From assembly GCA_964016885.1 (NCBI GenBank), contig OZ024740.1:48236001-48300000 (forward strand): DNA of 64,000 nucleotides, in the 5' to 3' direction. The stretch comes from Eledone cirrhosa (Eukaryota). Each line of letters opens with the position of its first letter. Position 1 is the first letter of the stretch. Below the pieces are notes generated by a model. It worked only from the letters and a program-made list of their open reading frames with translations. It searched no databases and was not told the DNA's origin. The position numbers and the translations under genes are program-made. Below are positions 24,030 through 35,100 of the stretch, piece after piece.

Positions 24030-24165
24030 GATCTGGACAGATCTTTTCCAGAACAGCGTCCCTCCACTTGTCGCAGTGTTTCGTCATCTCCTCTGTGAGT
24101 TTCAGCTGTTTGAGATCAGCCATTACAACCTCTGCCCAGGTCTTCTTAGTTCTCCCTCTACTGTC
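24030..24165 (-). mobile_element. RTE-type LINE 3' fragment
   Basis: SRGRTKKTWAEVVMADLKQLKLTEEMTKHCDKWRDAVLEK, within ORF 23914..24240. Confidence 0.75.
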
Positions 24166-24395
24166 AATATTACGAAATTCTAAGGTAGGATTTGTGATCA
24201 ATATATGTACATATATATTTTTTGTTTCACATAAACACACATATCATCATCATCACCATCACCATCACTGTTTAACGTCCATTTTTTCATGTTGGCATGA
24301 GTTAGAAGAATTATCCAATTGCAAGCAATGCCAGGTCATGTGACCATGTGTTGTTCATACAAAACCAATTTACAGGGTTTATATATATAGGTGTG

Positions 24396-24437
<42 letters not shown>

Positions 24438-24440
<3 letters not shown>

Positions 24441-24597
24441 TCATCGTTTAACGTCCATCTCCCACGCTAGCATGGGTTAGACGGGAGTGGTCCCAATTTG
24501 AGGCAAGGTTGGTCGGGTGACCGTGTCTCGCTCGTATAGGACTATCTGGCAGGTTTTCTACGGCTGGATGCCCTTCCTAATACCAACCACATTTACA

Positions 24598-24600
<3 letters not shown>
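24438..24600 (-). mobile_element. SINE-like repeat (same subfamily as 12923-13175) embedded in a (TA)n tract
   Basis: Reverse complement of ~13001-13165 with few mismatches; (TA)n lies on both sides (24404-24438 and 24601-24640). Confidence 0.85.
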
Positions 24601-24649
<49 letters not shown>

Positions 24650-25088
24650 CCAGGATTAATATATTGTGGTTTCTTTTTAAATAGGAGACACATGTCTGTA
24701 GCACTTCTGGACTCTCCCAGACTGATGAAGTTCATGTGCTCAATATCCAGCTTCAACACCAACATGGTGGTAGGGAAAATGTCAATAAAGAGGGTTTCAT
24801 AATTTTTTTTTTTTTCTATGGCATTTGAAGTATTAGACACAGCAGAAATGATGAGAAGAGGAAAACTGGATTCATTAAATGGTTTGACAATTCAGTACAT
24901 TTGTCACTGAAGTGGAAACATAACCTCATCAAGAGTTTTGTGAAGATAGGAGCCAATTAGGAGCACACTGGTCATGTTATTGAAGATTTCTGTGAAAGAT
25001 ATTCCATGTAGGAATTGCAGAACTAATAAATTAGTTCACACACACACACATGCATACATGATGGCTGCAACTCAATTTTGAGTAATTC

Positions 25089-25606
25089 TGTTGCTTGACA
25101 CCTAAGCGTGAGCAACATGGACATGGTTTTTTAATCCTGCTAGGGACTTGCACACTCTTGCACAGATGCTGCAACAATGGGTGGCCTCTCACAGTAGATG
25201 TTATGGTCCTGTTTTGGTGCACTTTCAAATGACGTTTCAGTCCATCAACTGAAGCACACTCTTTTCCACACTCCCCACAAATAGAAATGCCATACAATGC
25301 ACAGTTGACAGTGTCCCCATGTACATGACTTCTCCGATGACTTCCAAGGCCTGCCCTACTTAGATATAACCGGCCACATTCTGTACAGGTTAAATCATCC
25401 TGCATGCCAAGATACTTAGACAAACTAAACTCAAGGCCATTATGAGCACACCGCTTGAGCTGTTTATGCTCAACATGGTTCTTTCAAATTCTCCCCTCCC
25501 ATCATGCACTGCCTTCCTCCAGGAAAGCCTATCTAGAGCGATGTTCTCTTAGTCATTCTCCGATATTTTCATCTTCCTCGATGTGCTTTTAATGCAATCC
25601 CTGTAC
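25089..25606 (-). mobile_element. RTE-like LINE 3' fragment ending in three C2H2 zinc fingers
   Basis: KLRYRDCIK...ENIALDRLSWRKAVHDGRGEFE, then CTECGRLYLSRAGLGSHRRSH, CGECGKECASVDGLKRHLKVH and, in a shifted frame, CNICARVCKSLAGLKNHVH. An imperfect direct repeat CTCAATTTTG..GTAATTC lies at 25071-25088 and 25607-25626. Confidence 0.75.
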
Positions 25607-26322
25607 CTCAATTTTGTATGTAATTCAACTAGCACATATATACACATACCTGCACACAATTTAACTAACACACACATGCATACACAGAAGGCTGCAAACA
25701 AACAGTATCAGAAAGAATGCTGATCAATTAAAAATAATATCTTTCTTGTGATGTCCTGACACCTATTTTTGTGCAACATTTGTCTCACAGATTGGCTGTT
25801 GGTGTCAAGAAGAGTATCCTGCTGTAAAACCTTACCTCAAAACCTCCTGTTCAACCCATGCTAGCATGAAAAAGTCAATGCAATGATGATGATGGTGGTG
25901 GTAGTAGTGACAATGATTGTGACGCCAACAACGATCTCTCAAATCCACCATCAGCATTGAAAAACAGATGTTATACCAATAATGATAACATTGATTATGA
26001 TGAATAATGGTTTCTCTATGTGGTTGCTTGATCTGTTAGAAAGAACAGCCGAACCTCTCTGAAATCACTCTCTACCATCTTAGGAAAGGAAAGAACACAT
26101 TGGAATGGTCATGGCTGGAATGCTTTTGATCATAGTTCTGTACATTCACAGTTAACCTTGAGCAAGACAATGGCAACAACTACTGCTACAAAGTTGTTAA
26201 TATCCTTACAAGAAACCATAAAGAATTTTTTTTAAATGCTGACAGTCACATCAAATGTCTAACTTACAGTATAATAAAATTTTTCAATAATACAAATCAT
26301 TATAATAATATCAGATACTAAC

Positions 26323-26453
26323 TCTGTGTTCTCCAGTTGCTGCCCCAAGTTTTCCCCCTCTTTCAATTTTTTCATATATTCAGTTTCTTTTTGTTGCATT
26401 TCAGCTATGGTGTCTTCATTTTCCTGGCCTTTGCTAGTCAATAGGGTAACATG
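26323..26453 (-). CDS. CFAP157: CFAP157 coding exon
   Basis: Acceptor atttcag and donor GA|gttagt. 131 nt reading HVTLLTSKGQENEDTIAEMQQKE...; phases (0 in, 2 out) fit. Confidence 0.88.
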
Positions 26454-26746
26454 CTGAAATAAACCAAAAAGTTCCTCATGTATTAATTTCTTTTGACTAG
26501 ATACAAAACCAACCTTTGATAGGAATGAATATAGTTAATTAAATCTTAACATTCCTCTCTATCGATCTCACTCTTTCTCTAGAAGAAATCAGCTGTGTTC
26601 AAATCTGGAGAGAGGTGGGCTCTGTAAGGTATAAAATATTCAAGGTTCATCATATATCACTGCAGCACCCCTCTGACTCAACCAGGAGTTATGAGTCCTT
26701 ACAAAAATACAAACAACAAAACCAGACATCGTTGCTATGAACTAAC

Positions 26747-27014
26747 CTTTTGGCAGTTATTCAATTTTTTGGTAATCTCTTTTTCATTGTATTCCAAAAC
26801 ATCTATTTTGTTCCTCATTCTTTTCACTTTGCTCTTCAACTCATCATTTTCTTGTATAAGTTCCATGGTTTTGTCTGACATCTTTGACATTTGAGCTGTG
26901 AGAGAAACATTTTCTCGGATTGTTCGTTTTGTTGTTTCGGCCATTTGTTTATTAGAAACTTTCCGAAATTCTGAAACAAGCTGGTTAACTCTCATAAACA
27001 TATCTTTCTTAAGT
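26747..27014 (-). CDS. CFAP157: CFAP157 coding exon
   Basis: Acceptor ctccctcag and donor AAG|gttagt. (R)LKKDMFMRVNQLVSEFRKVSNKQMAETTKRTIRENVSL...LIQENDELK matches vertebrate CFAP157 as recalled (RLRKEIIQRVNLVANEF...ETTKRAIKEN...LLQENEQLK). Confidence 0.92.
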
Positions 27015-27357
27015 CTGAGGGAGAAAAAACAAATATTGATGTTTTTTTTAGACTAGTTTGATTGAATATTTTTGGGGAAGGGGATTAGAACATTCAGTCT
27101 TTCTTATAAGGAGGCTATATGAATTCAAGATTACAAGGATTTCTTTAGTTTTCTATGGGATGTTCAATTATTTCCAATAATATTTAATCACTACATTTAA
27201 GGAACTGCTACCCCAGCTAGCAACAAAATGTTTCTCCCCATGAATGAAAAGTTGGCTGTATGATGCCTATACAGGCATCATACAGCCAATGCTGTTGAAC
27301 CCATACAAGTTTGAAATAACGGACATAAAATGATGATGATGATGATAAAATTTTTAA

Positions 27358-27430
27358 GAGAGAGAGAGGGAGAAAGAAAGAGAGAGGGAGGGGGAAGAGT
27401 GAGAGAGAGAGAATGTGTGTGTGTGTGTGC
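27358..27430. repeat. (GA)n-rich and (TG)n microsatellite
   Basis: Read directly from the sequence. Confidence 0.9.
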
Positions 27431-28046
27431 TACACATTTCACCTCACTTCTTTCCACAAAACAACCCCTGTTTTTGAAACAACTGGTACTTCATTCCAGA
27501 TAATTATTAGATGGGTTTCTGCCAGTTCTACACTGATACCTTTAATGGCACCCCTTCATATCTGAGACAACTAAACTGGTCGTTGATATTAATATCCTTC
27601 ACACAATAAAATCCCACAAATTGAAAACCAGTAAACTGCACTCAGTACACTCTGTAAAGTAGTTGGGGATATGAAGGGCATCAAACCATAGAAAACTTGT
27701 CAAACAAGGAGTCAAGAGGATTCTTCAGTTGTGTCAAAGATATAACAGATTCCCTAGTGTTAGCGCCATGATAAAACACATCCTGTCCACTCTGTTGGGT
27801 AAAGGAATGTATAAGTCTGTCGCTCCCCTCCCTTACAGATGTATTATTTCTTTTCCCTGTTTTTTTTCTCCCACTATGATAATAGCCTCTCCCTTTTGAA
27901 TAAATAAGTTGCATTCCACCTCCATCCAAGCCAACTTACTCATCAGACATCACGCTAAATACTTTGTTCAGTTCTTCTTCCTTTAACTGCAGCTCTCAGG
28001 AATCGCTTCCCAGTTCCCTTTTTTCCTATAGGCATTGATGACTTAA

Positions 28047-28245
28047 ACTTTTAGCATTTACATTACTCTATATTTACTATTGTATCTTTATGGTATCTCT
28101 CATAATATCAAAGCTGCGAGATTTTGATATTATTTATTTTGAGAACAATACCTTAACGTCAGTATGAGCGGTCAGTTATGGCTGGTTTGAACAGAAAGAG
28201 GTGAAAAAATTCTGGCCAGATATGGCCAGTTTAAATGCTAAAGGG
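28047..28245 (-). mobile_element. MITE with piggyBac-like ends (inverted copy of 12142-12360)
   Basis: TTAA|ACTTTTAGCATTTA ... TAAATGCTAAAGGG|TTTA. Internal TTTATTTTGAGAACAATACCTTAACGTCAGTATGAGCGG is the reverse complement of ~12215-12255. Confidence 0.7.
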
Positions 28246-28369
28246 TTTATGAAATTCAAACTGAACATAAACTGCATTGGTTTAACTAGTCTAAGATAAC
28301 CTCCAAATATGCACTACCCTTAGTAAAAATAAGACCCCAACAGACTAAGCAGAAACAACAATGACTCAC

Positions 28370-28523
28370 CTGTCTTTATCAATCACTTGTTTTTTCTCAA
28401 GTTGATAGATAGTCTGTTTGTTCTGTTCTTCCATGTTTTGTAGATCTTGTTCCATACTAGCAAATTTAGCAAGAAGATCATTCCTTTGAATACGGAATTC
28501 TTCTAAAATAGCCAGTTTACCAT
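28370..28523 (-). CDS. CFAP157: CFAP157 coding exon (most 5' exon visible; begins mid-codon)
   Basis: Acceptor aatag (AG at 28525-28524) and donor AG|gtgagt. GKLAILEEFRIQRNDLLAKF...IYQLEKKQVIDKD(R) matches the recalled CFAP157 GKLAALEEFRLQKEE...YNLEKKSVLDKDR. Confidence 0.92.
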
Positions 28524-28674
28524 CTATTTAAGGAATATCAAAACATTTTCAGTTCCTTAATCTGTACAGTAAATATCTTAACAGTCAAAAGAAAATTATA
28601 AATTATAACTCATCAAATTGGTTATGGAAAGTTTTTCCTAATGTTTTATTTTAAATATTTACCTGACACAGGAT

Positions 28675-28910
28675 GAAGAGCTGGCAGAATTGGTAGAGCA
28701 TCGGATAAAATGCCATTATGTTGTTCTGACTCTTTACATTCAGAGTTTGATTTAGTTACGGTCCTTTATGTTCTGAGTTCAAATCTTGCCAAGGTCAACT
28801 TTGCCTTTCATCATTCCGGAGTTAATAAAATAAAGTACCAGTCAAGTACTTAGGTTGATTTAATTAACTTTACCTTTCCCTCAAATTTGCTCAAATTAGA
28901 AATTATTATT
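28675..28910 (+). mobile_element. tRNA-derived SINE
   Basis: A-box-like TGGCAGAATTGG and B-box-like GAGTTCAAATC, then TTTGCCTTTCATC...AATAAAATAAAGTACCAGTCAAGTACT. Confidence 0.75.
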
Positions 28911-28939
28911 TACCCGACACTGGCCCACTCTACATTTCA

Positions 28940-29003
28940 CTGCACCATGCTGCCTGCACCATGCTGTCTGCACCATGCTGTCTGCACCATGCTGTCTGCA
29001 CCA
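28940..29003. repeat. 14-bp tandem repeat (CTGCACCATGCTGT), about 4.5 copies
   Basis: Read directly from the sequence. Confidence 0.9.
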
Positions 29004-29147
29004 GCATGTATGCAATCTTCCCTACCAGTAAGGTTATCACTCTACTTCTCTTTCCGATTATGACAGTTACATGTGAGTAATTGTATCGGATCTGTTTCTA
29101 ACTGATATACTTTAACCCCATCCTTTCTTTGTTGCTAGCCACCAACA

Positions 29148-32100
29148 ATGCCTCAGTACTTCTTCAAACACTGTCTCTCTTCCAGTACTCCTTCCATCAC
29201 TGTCTCACTCTCTTCTAATACTCCCACCATTACTGTCTCTCTTCCAATAATCCCTCCAACACACTCTCTCTCTCTCTTTCTCTTCCAGTACTCCCTCCAT
29301 CAGTCTCTCTCTTCTAATACTCCCTCCATCACTGTCTCTCTCTTCCAGTACTCCCTCCAACACTGTCTCTATCTTCCAGTACTCCCTCCAACACTGTCTC
29401 TATCTTCCAGTACTCCCTCCAACACAGTCTCTATCTTCCAGTACTCCCTCCAACACTGTCTCTCTTCCAGTACTCCTTCCATCACTGTCTCACTCTCTTC
29501 TAATACTCCCACCATTACTGTCTCTCTTCCAATAATCCCGCCAACACACTCTCTCTCTCTCTTTCTCTTCCAGTACTCCCTCCATCAGTCTCTCTCTTCT
29601 AATACTCCCAAAATCACTGTCTCTCTCTTCCAGTACTCCCTCCAACACTGTCTCTATCTTCCAGTACTCCCTCCAACACTGTCTCTATCTTCCAGTACTC
29701 CCTCCAACACAGTCTCTATCTTCCAGTACTCCCTCCAACACTGTCTCTCTTCCAGTACTCCTTCCATCACTGTCTCACTCTCTTCTAATACTCCCACCAT
29801 TACTGGCTCTCTTCCAATACTCCCTCCTACACACTCTCTCTCTCTCTTTCTCTTCCAGTAGTCCCTCCATCAGTCTCTCTCTTCTAATACTCCCTCCATC
29901 ACTGTCTCTCTCTTCCGGTACTCCCTCCAACACTGTCTCTATCTTCCAGTACTCCCTCCATCGATGTCTATCTCTTCCAGTACTCCCTCCAACACTTTCT
30001 CTATCTTCCAGTACTCCCTCCAGTACTCCCTCACTCTTCCAGTACTCCCTCCATCACTGTCTCTCTCTTCTAGTACTCCCCCCATCAGTCTCTCTCTTCT
30101 AATACTCCATCCATCACTGTCTCTATCTTCCAGTACTCCCTCCAACACTGTCTCTATCTTCCAGTACTCCCTCCATCGATGTCTATCTCTTCCAGTACTC
30201 CTTCCATCACTGTCTCTCTTCCAGTACTCCCTCTACCACGGTCTCTCACTTCTAGTACTCCCTCCAACACTGTCTCTATCTTCCAGTACACCCTCCATCA
30301 CAGTCTCTCTATTCTAGTACTCCCTTCACCACTGTCTCTATCTTCCATTACTCCATCCACCACTGTCTCTCTTCCAGTACTGCCTCCATCACTGTCTCTC
30401 TCTTCCACTACTCCCTCCACCACTGTCTCTATCTTCCAGTACTGCCTCTATCAATGTCACTCTCTTCCAGTACTCCCTCCACCACTGTCTCTATCTCCCA
30501 GTACTCCCTCCATCACAGTCTCTATCTCCCAGTACTCCCTCCACCACTGTCACTCTTTCAGTACTCCCTGCATGACAGTCTCTCTCTTCCAGTACTCCCT
30601 CCATCACTGTCTCTCTCTTCCAGTACTCCCTCCATCACTGTCTCTCTCTTCCAGTACTACCTTCACGACTGTCTCTCTCTCCCATTACTCCCTGCACCAC
30701 TGTCTCTCTTCCAGTAATCCCTCCATCGCTGTCTATCTTCCAATACTCCCTCCATCACAGTCTCTCTCTTCCAGTACTCCCTCCAACACTGTCTCTATCT
30801 TCCAGTACTCCCTCCAACACTGTCTCTATCTTCCAGTACTCCCTCCATCATTGTCTCTCTCTTCCAGTACTCCCTCCAACACTGTCTCTATTTTCCAGTA
30901 CTCCCTCCAACACTGTCTCTATCTTCCAGTACTCCCTCCATCACTGTCTCTCTCTTCCAGTACTCCCTCCAGCACTGTTTCTCTCTTCCAGTACTCCCTC
31001 CAACACTGTCCCTATCTTCCAGTACTCCCTACATCACTGTCTCTCTCTTCTAGTACTCACTCCATCACTGTCTCTCTCTTCCAGTACTCCCTCCAACACT
31101 GTCTCTATCTTCCAGTACTCTCTACAACACCGTCTCTATCTTCCAGTACTTTCTCCATCACTGTCTCTCTCTTCCAGTACTCCCTCCAGCACTGTTTCTC
31201 TCTTCCAGTACTCCCGCCAACACTGTCTCTATCTTCCAGTACTCCCTACATCACTGTCTCTCTCTTCCAGTACTCCCTCCAACATTGTCTCTATCTTCCA
31301 GTACTCTCTACAACACCGTCTCTATCTTCCAGTACTTTCTCCATCACTGTCGCTCTCTTCCAGGACTCCCTCCATCACTCTCTCTCTCTTTTCCAGTACT
31401 CCCGCCAGCACTGTCTCTCTCTTCCAGTACTCCCTCTACCACTGTCTCTCTCTTCCAGTACTCCCTCCACCACTGTCTCTCTCTTCCAGTACTCCCTCCA
31501 CCACTGTCACTCTTCCAATACTCTCTCCAACACTGTCTCTATCTTCCAGTACTCCCTCCATCACTGTCTCTCTCTTCAAGTACTCCCTCCATTACTGTCT
31601 CTCTTTTCCAGTACTCCCTCCATCACTGTCTCTAGCTTTCAGTTCTCCCTCCACCACTGTCTCTCACTTTCAGTAGTCCCTCCAACACTGTCTCTCTTTT
31701 TGTACTCCCTCCAGCACTGTCTCTAAATTCCACTGTCTCTCTCTTCCATGACTCCCTCCACACCTGTCGCTCTTCCAATACTCTCTCCACCACGGTCTCT
31801 CTTTTCTAGTACTCCCTCCATCACTGTCTCTCTTCCAGTACTCCCTCCATCACTGTCACTCTCTTACAGTACTCCCTCCAACATTGTCTCTCTCTTCCAG
31901 TACTCCCTCCAAGACAGTCTCTCTCTTCCAGTACAACCTTCACCACTGTCTCTATCTTCCATTACTCCCTCCACCACTGTCTCTATCTTCCAGTACTCCC
32001 TCCATCACTGTCTCTATCTTCCAGTACTCCCTCCAGCACTGTCTCTATCTCCCATTACTCCCTCCACCACTGTCTCTCTTCCAGTACTCCCTCCATCACT

Positions 32101-35100
32101 GTCACTCTCTTCCTGTACTCCCTCCATTGCTGTCTCTCTTCCAGTACTCCCTCCATCACTGTCTGTATCTTCCAGTACTCCCTCCAACACTGTGACTCTC
32201 TTCCAGTACGCCCTCCATCAGTCTCGCTCTTCCAGTACTCCCTCCACCACTGTCTCTCTCTTCCAGTACTCCCTCTAACACTGTCTCTCTCTTCCAGTAT
32301 TCCCTCCATCACTGTCACTCTCTTCCAGTACTCCCTCTAACACTTCTCTATCTTACAGTACTCCCTCCATCAGAGTCTCGCTCTGCCAGTACTCCCTCCA
32401 ACATTGTCTCTATCTTCCAGTACTCCCTCCAACACTGTCTCTATCTTCCAGTACTCCCTCCATCACTGTCTCTCTCTTCCAGTACTCCCTCCAGCACTGT
32501 CTCTCTCTTCCAGTACTCTCTCCAACACTGTCTCTATCTTCCAGTACTCCCTCCATCACTGTCTCGCTCTTCAGTACTCCCGCCATCACTGTCACTCTCT
32601 TCCAGTACTCCCTCCAACACTGTCTCTATCTTCCACTACTCCCTCCAACACTGTCTCCATCTTCCAGTACGCCCTCAATCACTGTCTCTCTCTTCTAGTA
32701 CTCCCTCCAACACTGTCTCTATCTTCCAGTACTTCATCCATCACTGTCGCACTCTTCCAGTACTTCCTCCATCACTCTCTCTCTTTACCAGTACTCCCTC
32801 CATCACTGTCTCTCTCTTATAGTACTCCCTCCAACACTCTCTCTATCTTCCAGTACTCCCTCCACCACTGTCTCTATCTTCCAGTACTCCCTCCATCGCT
32901 GTCTCTATCTTCCAGTACTCCCTCCATCACAGACTCTCTCTTCCAGTACTCCCTCCAACACTGTCTCTCTCTTGCAGTACTCCCTCCATCAACTGTCTGT
33001 ATCATCCAGTACTCCCTCCAATCACTGTCTCTCTCTTCCAGTACTCCATCCATCATTGTCTCTATCTCCCAGTAATCCCTCCATCACTGTCTCTATCTTC
33101 CAGTACGTCCTCCACCACTGTCTCTCTCTCCCATTACTCACTCCACCACTGTTTCTTTTCCAGTACTCCCTCCATCTCTGTCACTCTCTTCCTGTACTCC
33201 CTCCATCGCTGTCTCTCTTCCACTACTCATTCCAACACTGACTCTATCTTCCAGTACTCCCTCCATCACAGTCTCTATCTTCGAGTACTCCCTCCAACAC
33301 TGTCTCTCTCTTCCCGTACGCCCTCAAACACTGTCTCTATCTTCCAGTACTCCCTCCAAGACAGTCTCTCTCTTCGAGTACTCCCTCCAACACTGTCTCT
33401 CTCTTCCAGTACTCCCTCCAACATTGTCTCTCTCTTCCAGTACTCCCTCCAAGACAGTCTCTCTCTTCCAGTACAACCTTCACGACTGTCTCTATCTTCC
33501 ATTACTCCCTCCACCACTGTCTCTATCTTCCAGTACTCCCTCCATCACTGTCTCTATCTTCCAGTACTCCCTCCAGCACTGTCTCTATCTCCCATTACTC
33601 CCTCCACCACTGTCTCTCTTCAAGTACTCCCTCCATCACTGTCACTCTCTTCCTGTACTCCCTCCATCGCTGTCTCTCTTCCAGTACTCCCTCCATCACT
33701 GTCTGTATCTTCCAGTACTCCCTCCAACACTGTCACTCTCTTCCAGTACTCTCTCCATCACTGTCTCTCTCTTATAGTACTCCCTCCAACACTCTCTCTA
33801 TCTTCCAGTACTCCCTCCACCCCTGTCTCTATCTTCCAGTACTCCCTCCATCGCTGTCTCTATCTTCCAGTACTCCCTCCATCACAGACTCTCTCTTCCA
33901 GTACTCCCTCCAACACTGTCTCTAGCTTCCAGTACTCCCTCCATCGATGTCTATCTCTTCCAGTACTCCTTCCATCACTGTCTCTCTTCCAGTACTCCCT
34001 CTACCACGGTCTCTCACTTCTAGTACTCCCTCCAACACTGTCTCTATCTTCCAGTACACCCTCCATCACAGTCTCTCTATTCTAGTACTCCCTTCACCAC
34101 TGTCTCTATCTTCCATTACTCCATCCACCACTGTCTCTCTTCCAGTACTGCCTCCATCACTGTCTCTCTCTTCCACTACTCCCTCCACCACTGTCTCTAT
34201 CTTCCAGTACTGCCTCTATCAATGTCACTCTCTTCCAGTACTCCCTCCACCACTGTCTCTATCTCCCAGTACTCCCTCCATCACAGTCTCTATCTCCCAG
34301 TACTCCCTCCACCACTGTCACTCTTTCAGTACTCCCTGCATGACAGTCTCTCTCTTCCAGTACTCCCTCCATCAATGTCTCTCTCTTCCAGTACTCCCTC
34401 CATCACTGTCTCTCTCTTCCAGTACTACCTTCACGACTGTCTCTCTCTCCCATTACTCCCTGCACCACTGTCTCTCTTCCAGTAATCCCTCCATCGCTGT
34501 CTATCTTCCAATACTCCCTCCATCACAGTCTCTCTCTTCCAGTACTCCCTCCAACACTGTCTCTATCTTCCAGTACTCCCTCCAACACTGTCTCTATCTT
34601 CCAGTACTCCCTCCATCATTGTCTCTCTCTTCCAGTACTCCCTCCAACACTGTCTCTATTTTCCAGTACTCCCTCCAACACTGTCTCTATCTTCCAGTAC
34701 TCCCTCCATCACTGTCTCTCTCTTCCAGTACTCCCTCCAGCACTGTTTCTCTCTTCCAGTACTCCCTCCAACACTGTCTCTATCTTCCAGTACTCCCTAC
34801 ATCACTGTCTCTCTCTTCTAGTACTCACTCCATCACTGTCTCTCTCTTCCAGTACTCCCTCCAACACTGTCTCTATCTTCCAGTACTCTCTACAACACCG
34901 TCTCTATCTTCCAGTACTTTCTCCATCACTGTCTCTCTCTTCCAGTACTCCCTCCAGCACTGTTTCTCTCTTCCAGTACTCCCGCCAACACTGTCTCTAT
35001 CTTCCAGTACTCCCTACATCACTGTCTCTCTCTTCTAGTACTCACTCCATCACTGTCTCTCTCTTCCAGTACTCCCTCCAACACTGTCTCTATCTTCCAG

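Noticed and set aside
24660-25010. Possible old LINE fragment on the minus strand
   Set aside because: Only a faint RVQ-like motif; too degenerate to support a call.
25031-25423. Host C2H2 zinc-finger gene nested in the CFAP157 intron
   Set aside because: It is preceded by RTE C-terminal motifs with a stop and frameshifts, lacks TGEKP linkers, and is bounded by a probable target duplication. It is better explained as a retroelement.
28675-28790. tRNA gene (A-box and B-box motifs)
   Set aside because: No cloverleaf can be formed, and the sequence continues into a SINE body found in several copies in the window.
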